Source: Cyanophora paradoxa CCMP329
Lineage: Eukaryota; Plantae; Glaucophyta
DNA: 64,000 bases
Direction of reading: 5' to 3'
NCBI GenBank assembly: GCA_004431415.1
Contig: QPMI01000280.1
Location: 1,323 to 65,322 of the forward strand
Part shown: piece by piece, positions 1 through 10,757 of the stretch
How positions within the stretch are numbered: the stretch's first letter is position 1
How the letters are laid out: every line of letters begins with the position of its first letter
The notes under the pieces: generated by a model
What the model saw: the letters and a program-made list of their open reading frames with translations, nothing else
Databases searched by the model: none
Told to the model about the DNA's origin: nothing
Position numbers and translations under genes: made by a program

Positions 1-3000
1 GCTAGCCTTAGGCAGATGACCCACCCACCAGCAAGTCAATCAGTCAAAGGCCCCAGGTTTCCCATCTGTGCGCTTCAAATCTCTCTGGAGGGATATGCAC
101 AAGGCAATAGCCTTAGGCAGATGACCCACCCACCAGCAAGTCACTCAGTCAAAGGCCCAGGTTTCTGATCCGCCACAAAATAACAGAAGGATGCACCCCA
201 AATCTCTCTGGGGGAATATGCACAAGGCGCTAGCCTTAGGCAGATGACCCACCACCAGCAAGTCACTCAGTCATAGGCCCCTGGTTTCTCATCTGCCAGA
301 AAATAGAAGATGGATGCGCTCCAAATCTCTCTGGGGGAATATGCACAAGGCGCTAGCCTTAGGAAGATTACCCTCCCAAAAGCAAGTCACTCAGTCGAAG
401 GCCCCAGGTTTCCGATCTGCAACAAAAAAGAAGAAAGATGCACCCCAAATCTCTCTGGGGGAATATGCACAAGGCGCTAGCAAGTCGCCAGAAAATACAA
501 GAAAGATGCACCCCAAATCTCTCTGGGGGAATATGCACAAGGCGCTAGCCTTAGGCAGATGACCCACCCACCAGCAAGTCAATCAGTCAAAGGCCCCAGG
601 TTTCCCATCTGTGCGCTTCAAATCTCTCTGGGGGATATGCACAAGGCAATAGCCTTAGGCAGATGACCCACCCACCAGCAAGTCACTCAGTCAAAGGCCC
701 CAGGTTTCTGATCCGCCACAAAATAAAAGAAGGATGCACCCCAAATCTCTCTGGGGGAATATGCACAAGGCGCTAGCCTTAGGCAGATGACCCACCCACC
801 AGCAAGTCACTCAGTTATAGGCCCCTGGTTTCTCATCTGCCAGAAAATAGAAGATGGATGCACTCCAAATCTCTCTGGGGGAATATGCACAAGGCGCTAG
901 CCTTAGGAAGATGACCCTCCCAAAAGCAAGTCACTCAGTCGAAGGCCCCAGGTTTCCGATCTGCAACAAAAAGAAGAAAGATGCACCCCAAATCTCTCTG
1001 GGGGAATATGCACAAGGCGCTAGCCTTAGGAAGATGACCCACCCACCAGCAAGTCACTCAGTCAAAGGCCCCAGGTTTCCAATCTGCCACAAAATAGAAG
1101 AAAGATGCACCCCAAATCTCTCTGGGGGAATATGCACAAGGCGCTAGCCTTAGGCAGATGACCCACCCACCAGCAAGTCACTCAGTCAAAGGCCCCAGGT
1201 TTCCAATCTGCCAAAAAGAAAAGAGAGATGCACCCCAAATTTCTCTGGGGGAATATGCACAAGGCGCTAGCCTTAGGAAGATGAACCCACCCACCAGCAA
1301 GTCACTCAGTCATAGGCCCCTGCTTTCTCATCTGCCAGAAAATAGAAGAAAGATGCACCCCAAATCTCTCTGGGGGAATATGCACAAGGCGCTACCCTTA
1401 GGAAGATGGCCTACCCACTGGCAAATCACTCAGTCGAAGGCCGCAGGTTTCTGATCTGTGACAAAAAGAAGAAAGATGCACCCCAAATCGAAGGCCCCAG
1501 GTTTCCGATCTGCCAAAAAGAGAAGAAAGATGCACCTCAAATTTCTCTGGGGGACGATGCACAAGGCGCTAGCCTTAGGCAGATGACCCACCCACCAGCA
1601 AGTCACTCAGTCGAAGGCCCCAGGTTTCCGATCTGCCACAAAATAGAAGAAACATGCACCCCAAATCTCTCTGGGGGAATATGCACAAGGCGCTAGCCTT
1701 AGGCAGATGACCCACCCACCAGCAAGTCAATCAGTCAAAGGCCCCAGGTTTCCCATCTGTGCGCTTCAAATCTCTCTGGGGGGATATGCACAAGGCAATA
1801 GCCTTAGGCAGATGACCCACCCACCAGCAAGTCACTCAGTCAAAGGCCCCAGGTTTCTCATCCGCCACAAAATAAAAGAAGGATGCACCCCAAATCTCTC
1901 TGGGGGAATATGCACAAGGCGCTAGCCTTAGGCAGATGACCCACCCACCAGCAAGTCACTCAGTCAAAGGCCCCAGGTTTCCGATCTGCCACAAAATAGA
2001 AGAAAAATGCACTCCAAATCTCTCTGGGGGAATATGCACAAGGCGCTAGCCTTAGGAAGATGACCCTCCCAAAAGCAAGTCACTCAGTCGAAGGCCCCAG
2101 GTTTCCGATCTGCAACAAAAAAGAAGAAAGATGCACCCCAAATCTCTCTGGGGGAATATGCACAAGGCGCTAGCCTTAGGCAGATGACCCACCCACCAGA
2201 AAGTCACTCAGTCCAAGGCCCCAGGTTTCTGATCCGCAACAAAATAGAAGAAATATGTACCCCAAATCCCTCTGGGGGAATATGCACAAGGCGCTAGCCT
2301 TAGGCAGAGGACCCACCAACCAGCAAGTCACTCAGTCCAACTCCACAGGTTTCCAATCTGCCACAAAATAGAAGCAACATGCACCCCAAATCTCTCTGGG
2401 GGAATATGCACAAGGCGCTAGCCGTAGGCAGATGACCCACCCACCAGCAAGTCACTCAGTCAAAGGCCCCAGGTTTCCGATCCGCCAAAAAGAGAAGAAA
2501 GATGCACCCCAAATTTCTCTGGGGGACGATGCACAAGGCGCTAGCCTTAGGCAGATGACCCACCCACCAGCAAGTCACTCAGTCATAGGCCCCTGCTTTC
2601 TCATCTGCCAGAAAATAGAAGAAAGATGCACCCCAAATCTCTCTGGGGGAATATGCAAAAGGCGCTAGCCTTGGGCAGATGACCCTCCCAGAAGCAAGAC
2701 ACTCAGTCAAAGGCCCCAGGTTTCCGATCTGCCACAAAATAGAAGAAGGATGCGCCCCAAATCTCTCTGGGGGAATATGCACAAGGCGCTAGCCGTAGGC
2801 AGAGGACCCAACCACCAGCAAGTCACTCAGTCCAACTCCGCAGGTTTCCGATCTGCCACAAAATAGAAGAAACATGCACCCCAAATCTCTCTGGGGGAAT
2901 ATGCACAAGGCGCTAGCCGTAGGCAGATGACCCACCCACCAGCAAGTCACTCAGTCGACGGCCCCAGGTTTCCGATCTGCCAAAAAGAGAAGAAAGATGC

Positions 3001-6000
3001 ACCCCAAATCTCTCTGGGGGAACATGCACAAGGCGCTAGCCTTAGGCAGATGACCCACCCACCAGCAAGTCACTCAGTCATAGGCCCCTGGTTTCTCATC
3101 TGCCAGAAAATAGAAGAAAGATGCACCCCAAATCTCTCTGGGGGAATATGCACAAGGCGCTAGCCTTGGGCAGATGACCCTCCCAAAAGCACGACACTCA
3201 GTCAAAGGCCCCAGGTTTCCGATCTGCCACAAAATAGAAGAAGGATACACTTCAAATCTCTCTGGGGGAATATGCACAAGGCGCTAGCCTTAGGCAGATG
3301 ACCCTCCCAAAAGCAAGACACTCAGTCAAAGGCCCCAGGTTTCCAATCTGCCAAAAATAGAAGAAAGATGCACCCCAAATCTCTCTGGGGGAATATGCAA
3401 AAGGCGCTAGCCTTAGGCAGATGACCCTCCCAAAAGCAAGTCACTCAGTCAGAGGCCCCAGGTTTCAGAAAGATGCACCCCAAATCTCTCTGGGGGAATA
3501 TGCACAAGGCGCTAGTCTTAGGCAGATGACCCACCCACCAGAAAGTCACTCAGTCGAAGGCCCCAGGTTTCCGATCCGCAACAAAATAGAAGAAAGATGT
3601 ACCCCAAATCCCTCTGGGGGAATATGCACAAGGCGCTAGCCTTAGGCAGAGGACTCCCCACCAGCAAGTCACTCAGTCCAACTCCGCAGGTTTCCGATCT
3701 GCCACAAAATAGAAGAAACATGCACCCCAAATCTCTCTGGGGGAATATGCACAAGGCGCTAGCCGTAGGCAGATGACCCACCCACCAGCAAGTCACTCAG
3801 TCGAAGGCCCCAGGTTTCCGATCTGCCAAAAAGAGAAGAAAGATGCACCCCAAATCTCTCTGGGGGAAGATGCACAAGGCGCTAGCCTTAGGCAGATGAC
3901 CCACCCACCAGCAAGTCACTCAGTCATAGGCCCCTGGTTTCTCATCTGCCAGAAAATAGAAGAAAGATGCACCCCAAATCTCTCTGGGGGAATATGCACA
4001 AGGCGCTAGCCTTGGGCAGATGACCCTCCCAAAAGCAAGACACTCAGTCAAAGGCCCCAGGTTTCCGATCTGCCACAAAATAGAAGAAAGATGCACTTCA
4101 AATCTCTCTGGGGGAATATGCACAAGGCGCTAGCCTTAGGCAGATGACCCTCCCAAAGCAAGTCACTCAGTCAGAGGCCCCAGGTTTCAGAAAGATGCAC
4201 CCCAAATCTCTCTGGGGGAATATGCACAAGGCGCTAGTCTTAGGCAGATGACCCACCCACCAGAAAGTCACTCAGTCGAAGGCCCCAGGTTTCCGATCCG
4301 CAACAAAATAGAAGAAAGATGTACCCCAAATCCCTCTGGGGGAATATGCACAAGGCGCTAGCCTTAGGCAGAGGACTCCCCACCAGCAAGTCACTCAGTC
4401 CAACTCCGCAGGTTTCCGATCTGCCACAAAATAGAAGAAACATGCACCCCAAATCTCTCTGGGGAATATGCACAAGGCACTAGCCGTAGGCAGATGACCC
4501 ACCCACCAGCAAGTCACTCAGTCGAAGGCCCCAGGTTTCCGATCTGCCAAAAAGAGAAGAAAGATGCACCCCAAATCTCTCTGGGGAAGATGCACAAGGC
4601 GCTAGCCTTAGGCAGATGACCCACCCACCAGCCAGTCACTCAGTCATAGGCCCCTGGTTTCTCATCTGCCAGAAAATAGAAGAAAGATGCACCCCAAATC
4701 TCTCTGGGGGAATATGCACAAGGCGCTAGCCTTGGGCAGATGACCCTCCCAAAAGCAAGACACTCAGTCAAAGGCCCCAGGTTTCCGATCTGCCACAAAA
4801 TAGAAGAAAGATGCACTTCAAATCTCTCTGGGGGAATATGCACAAGGCGCTAGCCTTAGGCAGATGACCCTCCCAAAAGCAAGTCACTCAGTCATAGGCC
4901 CCTGGTTTCTCATCTGCCAGAAAATAGAAGAAAGATGCACCCCAAATCTCTCTGGGGGAATATGCACAAGGCGCTAGTCTTAGGCAGATGACCCACCCAC
5001 CAGAAAGTCACTCAGTCGAAGGCCCCAGGTTTCCGATCCGCAACAAATTAGAAGAAAGATGTACCCCAAATCCCTCTGGGGGAATATGCACAAGGCGCTA
5101 GCCTTAGGCAGAGGACCCCCCACCAGCAAGTCACTCAGTCCAACTCCGCAGGTTTCCGATCTGCCACAAAATAGAAGAAACATGCACCCCAAATCTCTCT
5201 GGGGGAATATGCACAAGGCACTAGCCTTAGGCAGATGACCCTCCCACCAGCATATCACTCAGTCGTAGGCCCCAGGTTTCCGATCCGCAACAAATTAGAA
5301 GAAAGATGTACCCCAAATTCCTCTGGGGGAATATGCACAAGGCGCTAGCCTTAGGCAGAGGACTCCCCACCAGCAAGTCACTCAGTCCAACTCCGCAGGT
5401 TTCCGATCTGCCACAAAATAGAAGAAACATGCACCCCAAATCTCTCTGGGGGAATATGCACAAGGCACTAGCCGTAGGCAGATGACCCACCCACCAGCAA
5501 GTCACTCAGTCGAAGGCCCCAGGTTTCCGATCTGCCAAAAAGAGAAGAAAGATGCACCCAAATCTCTCTGGGGGAATATGCACAAGGCGCTAGCCTTAGG
5601 CAGATGACCCACCCACCAGCCAGTCACTCAGTCATAGGCCCCTGGTTTCTCATCTGCCAGAAAATAGAAGAAAGATGCACCCCAAATCTCTCTGGGGGAA
5701 TATGCACAAGGCGCTAGCCTTGGGCAGATGACCCTCCCAAAAGCAAGACACTCAGTCAAAGGCCCCAGGTTTCCGATCTGCCACAAAATAGAAGAAAGAT
5801 GCACTTCAAATCTCTCTGGGGGAATATGCACAAGGCGCTAGCCTTAGGCAGATGACCCTCCCAAAAGCAAGTCACTCAGTCATAGGCCCCTGGTTTCTCA
5901 TCTGCCAGAAAATAGAAGAAAGATGCACCCCAAATCTCTCTGGGGGAATATGCACAAGGCGCTAGTCTTAGGCAGATGACCCACCCACCAGAAAGTCACT

Positions 6001-6340
6001 CAGTCGAAGGCCCCAGGTTTCCGATCCGCAACAAATTAGAAGAAAGATGTACCCCAAATCCCTCTGGGGGAATATGCACAAGGCGCTAGCCTTAGGCAGA
6101 GGACCCCCCACCAGCAAGTCACTCAGTCCAACTCCGCAGGTTTCCGATCTGCCACAAAATAGAAGAAACATGCACCCCAAATCTCTCTGGGGGAATATGC
6201 ACAAGGCACTAGCCTTAGGCAGATGACCCACCCACCAGCAAGTCACTCAGTCATAGGCCCCTGGTTTCTCATCTGCCAGAAAATAGAAGAAAGATGCACC
6301 CCAAATCTCTCTGGGTGAATATGCACAAGGCGCTAGCCTT
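1..6340. repeat. Satellite A tandem array (~124-bp monomer, several variant monomers, local higher-order repeats)
   Basis: Head-to-tail copies of gctagccttaggcagatgacccacccaccagcaagtcactcagtcgaaggccccaggtttccgatctgccacaaaatagaagaaagatgcaccccaaatctctctgggggaatatgcacaaggc. Variant blocks recur at 988-bp spacing (shadow ORFs 4640/5628 and 4980/5968), equal to an 8-mer. Confidence 0.97.
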
Positions 6341-9174
6341 GGGGAACATGCACAAGGCGCTAGCCGTAGGCAGGTGCACCCTGCCCAGCAGAGGACCTGT
6401 GCGAGGCTCTGCCCATCCAAGTGGGATCTCCACCGAGTGTTTGGGGACTTGAATGTTTCCTGGGTTCACTCCCTCTTAGCCCTGGTCGGTTTGAATTCCC
6501 GTCAGGCCCACAATAGCAAGGTCAGGTGCACACAAAACAATCCAGGGGGAACATGCACAAGGCGCTAGCCTAGGCAGGTGCACCCTGCCCAGCAGAGGCC
6601 CTGTAAGAGGCTCTGCTCTTCCAAGTGGGATCCCCGCCAAGTGTTTGGGGACTTGAATGTTTCCTGGGTTCACTCCCTCTTAGCCCTGGTCGGTTTGTAT
6701 TCCTGTTTGGCCCACAACAGCAAGGTCAGGTGCACACAAAAACAATCCAGGTGGAACGTGCACAAGGCGCTAGCCTTAGGCAGGTGCACCCTGCCCAGCA
6801 GAGGCCCTGTAAGAGGCTCTGCCCTTCCAAGTGGGACCCCCGCCGAGCGTTTGGGGACTTGAATGTTTCCTGGGTTCACTCCCTCTTCGCCCTGGTCAGT
6901 TTGAATTCCCGTCTGGCCACAAAAGCAAGGTCAGGTGCACACAAAACCTTTCCAGGGGGAACATGCACAAGGTGCTAGCCTTAGGCAGGTGCACCCTGCC
7001 CAGCAGAGGCCCGGTACGAGGCTCTGCCCTTCCAAGTAAAATCCCCACCAAGTGTTTGGGGATTTGAATGTTTCCTGGGTTCACTCCCTCTTAGCGCTGG
7101 TCAGTTTGAATTCCCGTCTGGCCCACAAAAGCAAGGACCGGTGCACACAAAACCTTTCCAGGGGGAACATGCACAAGGCGCTAGCCTAAGGCTGGTGCAC
7201 CCTGCCCAGCAGAGGCCCTGTACGAGGCTCTGCCCTTCCAAGTGGGATCCCCGCCGAGTGTTTGGGGACTTGAATGTTTTCTGGGTTCACTCCCTCTTAG
7301 CGCTGGTCAGTTTGAATTCCCGTTGGGCCCACAATAGCAAGGTCAGGTGCACACAAAACCTTTCCAGGGGGAACATGCACAAGGCGCTAGCTGTAGGCAG
7401 GTGCACCCTGCCCAGCAGAGGCCCTGTAAGAGGCTCTGCCCTTCCAAGTGGGATCCCCGCCAAGTGTTTGGGGACTTGAATGTTTCCTGGGTTCACTCCC
7501 TCTTAGCGCTGGTCAGTTTGAATTCCCGTTGGGCCCATAACAGGGAGTCAGGTAGACACAAAACCTTTCTAGGGGGAACATGCACAAGGCGCTAGCCTTA
7601 GGCAGGTGCACCCTGCCCAGCAGAGGCCCTGTAAGAGGCTCTGCCCTTCCAAGTGGGATCCCTGCCAAGTGTTTGGGGACTTGAATGTTTCCTGGGTTCA
7701 CTCCCTCTTAGCCCTGGTCAGTTTGAATTCCCGTCGGGCCACAAAAGCAAGGTCAGGTGCACACAAAACCTTTCCAGGGGGAACATGCACAAGGTGCTAG
7801 CCTTAGGCAGGTGCACCCTGCCCAGCAGAGGCCCTGTACGAGGCTCTGCCCTTCCAAGTGGGATCCCCGCCGAGTGTTTGGGGACTTGAATGTTTCCTGG
7901 GTTCACTCCCTCTTAGCCCTGGTCAGTTTGAATTCCCGTCGGGCCCACAAAAGCAAGGTCAGGTGCTCACAAAAACATTCCAGGGGGAACATGCACAAGG
8001 CGCTAGCCTTAGGCTGGTGCACCCTGCCCAGCAAAGGCCCTGTACGAGGCTCTGCCCTTCCAAGTGGGATCCCCGCCGGGTGTTTGGGGACTTGAATGTT
8101 TTCTGGGTTCACTCCCTCTTAGCGCTGGTCAGTTTGAATTCCCGTTGGGCCCACAATAGCAAGGTCAGGTGCACACAAAACCTTTCCAGGGGGAACATGC
8201 ACAAGGCGCTAGCCGTAGGCAGGTGCAACCTGCCCAGCAGAGGCCCTGATCCTGAGTGACATTTGATCTTGTGTCCTTCCTTTTCCCGGGGCAAACCCTG
8301 ATACCCTCGGGCTGCCCGACAGGGAGCGGGCCGTCACGGGGATTCAGGCCCTTCCTATGTGGCGCCGTCGGGTGTCCACATAGGTTGGCTTTCCATTCTG
8401 CTGGCGCCCTGGGGGTGGTGGCCCAGGGTCCTGTACGTGGCTTCCACTCACTCCCCACGCTAGTGGGTCCCTGACGGGCCTTGCACGTCCCATTCGGGGC
8501 CTCTGCGGCTTTGTCATACCCAGTCTTGCTGGCGTGGATGTGTCTACTGCATTTCTCTCTCTCTCTCTTGTAAGATGCTCTGCCCTTCCAAGTGGGATCT
8601 CCACCGAGTGTTTGGGGACTTAAATGTTTCCTGGGTTCACTCCCTCTTAGCCCTGATCGGTTTGAATTCCCGTCAGGCCCACAATAGCAAGGTCAGGTGC
8701 ACACAAAAACAATCCAGGGGGATCATGCACAAGGCGCTAGCCTTAGGCAGGTGCACCCTGCCCAGCAGAGGCCCTGTAAGAGGCTCTGCTCTTCCAAGTG
8801 GGATCCCCGCCAAGTGTTTGGGGACTTGAATGTTTCCTGGGTTCACTCCCTCTTAGCCCTGATCGGTTTGTATTCCCGTCAGGCCCACAATAGCAAGGTC
8901 AGGTGCACACAAAAACAATCCAGGGGGATCATGCACAAGGCGCTAGCCTTAGGCAGGTGCACCCTGCCCAGCAGAGGCCCTGTAAGAGGCTCTGCTCTTC
9001 CAAGTGGGATCCCCGCCAAGTGTTTGGGGACTTGAATGTTTCCTGGGTTCACTCCCTCTTAGCCCTGGTCGGTTTGTATTCCTGTTTGGCCCACAACAGC
9101 AAGGTCAGGTGCACACAAAAACAATCCAGGTGGAACATGCACAAGGCGCTAGCCTTAGGCAGGTGCACCCTGCC
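6341..9174. repeat. Satellite B tandem array (~206-bp monomer), first block
   Basis: Repeats of ...gggggaacatgcacaaggcgctagccttaggcaggtgcaccctgcccagcagaggccctgtaagaggctctgcccttccaagtgggatcccc...; period 205-206 bp; interrupted at 8249-8570. Confidence 0.96.
8249..8570 (+). mobile_element. 322-bp structured insertion with a (TC)n tail in a SatB monomer; SINE-like element or 3' end of a truncated non-LTR retrotransposon
   Basis: The SatB consensus gaggccctg|taaga is split exactly by unique sequence ending in a (TC)n tract (~8554-8568). Several internal hairpins. At most a 2-bp (TG) duplication. Confidence 0.6.
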
Positions 9175-9687
9175 AGCTGAGCTTGGCGCGGTGTCTCCAA
9201 CAATTAAATCCGCGAATTCTTACGATTTACCGTAACAGCATCGAATCTAATCGAAAATCACCGTAAGGCTCAGTGTCACGATCGATTCATCTTCGATTCA
9301 TCTTCGATTCACTCGATTCATCTTCGATTCAATCGATTCAATTCAACTTTTTATGCGCGGCTTCTCCCACGATTCCGCACGATAGACAGTAAGGAGATCT
9401 ATTGTACAATCGATTCCGCAAGATAAGCGGCAATGTACAATAGATCTCGCACGATAAACAGTAACAATTCACGTTTTTTCGTGCGGTGTCTCCCACGATA
9501 ACAACACGCTTCAATAAAAATAAATCTTACGTCGGGTTTCGCCCTTCCCCCGTCGTTTTCGGTGCAGCAAATGGTTGCGCAACCATTTTTTTTGGTTGCG
9601 CAACCACCGCAACCAGGTCGCGCAACCACCGCAACCAGGTCGCGCAACCATTTTTTTTGGTTGCGCAACCACCCCGCAACCATTTTT
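9175..9687. repeat. Terminal, probably TIR, region of viral copy 1 with internal short repeats
   Basis: Starts AGCTGAGCT like the opposite end of copy 2 (30887). tcgattca(tct) repeats at ~9282-9345; TGGTTGCGCAACCA palindromes and cgcaacca repeats at ~9572-9683. Confidence 0.7.
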
Positions 9688-10757
9688 TTATGATCCCCCC
9701 CGCTTCGTTACGCCGCTCCTCAGATTGTACCGACGCCTCACGACCCTACTTCGATTGGGTCTGACGCCCTCCTTCGCGACCAACCGATTCACCTTATTCG
9801 TTTTCTTTACGCGTTCAATGCGCTTTTGCGACGGGATCTTTATGATCTCTTCCTTATTCACCTTCTGTAATTCTTGCTTCTTAAAGCGCCGCTTTACTTC
9901 CTTCTCGTCTCCGTCGTTATCTTCTAAAATCTTGAACCGGTTCCCATCCGACCTTCCCACTTTGTAGACCTTTTGACTAAAACGGGCGCCCTCTTTGTCG
10001 AAGGCACCCACGCGACCCTCCAAAACACGCACTGTGTCGCCCGGTTTCACGGGATTCGTTTCATTCGCCTTCACGTTGTCGTTGTGAACAGTATCCCGTA
10101 GATACACAAAAAGTTGTTTATCTACGTTTGCATACACGGCGTTCGGCGAATCATTCTTTAAGGAACTATGGGGGCTATTGTTATAAATCGATAGAACTTC
10201 GGGAACCATATCTATCCATTTCGTTGTCCCTTTCGAAGTCATCGACTTGCGTAGATACTGTTTAAAAGTGCGCGTAAATCTATCTATGATTCCAAGTTTA
10301 TTTCCTACGGTTATGTGTTCTTCTTTCGCGACATCTGTATACAACCTCACACCATTCGCATTACACCAATCTCTATACATCGCGCTACTGAATTCATTAT
10401 CACCTGAGAGTGCAGCAACCATACCCGCTTCCTGTTTGAATTTATTCAGAATATTCGGAATGTCTTCGTTGTTCTTAAAAGGATACACGAATGCCTTTCG
10501 ACTTAGAATGTCAACGAAACTGATCATCTTGTAAATACCATTGTTTGCTGTCTGATACCCTTTAAAAAACATAATGTCTACCTGAAATGAATTCGGTTTC
10601 GCGACGATTCTTAAAAATGTGGTGGGTTTTCGGGGTTTCTTAAAAATCTGATGCACTTCGGAATTTAAATATCGCTTTTCAATTCTTTTTCGTCAAATGT
10701 TACATTTTCGTTTATAAGTTTCTGTCGATACTTCTTGTAAGATAGAACGTTGTCCAT
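9688..10757 (-). CDS. rve-family (retroviral-like) integrase of the Polinton-like element; 1-nt frameshift near 10675
   Basis: Motifs FQVDIMFF, VDILSRKAFVYP, LSGDNEFS, LGIIDRFTRTFK, YNNSPHSSL and VKPGDTVRV. The real start is the ATG at 10757-10755 (MDNVLSYKKYRQKL), by comparison with copy 2 (MDTVLSYKKYRQKL). The track ORF 9688-10656 starts downstream of the frameshift. Confidence 0.88.

Noticed and set aside
314-9235. Dozens of short repetitive ORFs (also 16129-21154 and 54790-63253)
   Set aside because: They are translations of satellite monomers in all frames. The periods (124 and 206 bp) are not multiples of three and frames break at random.
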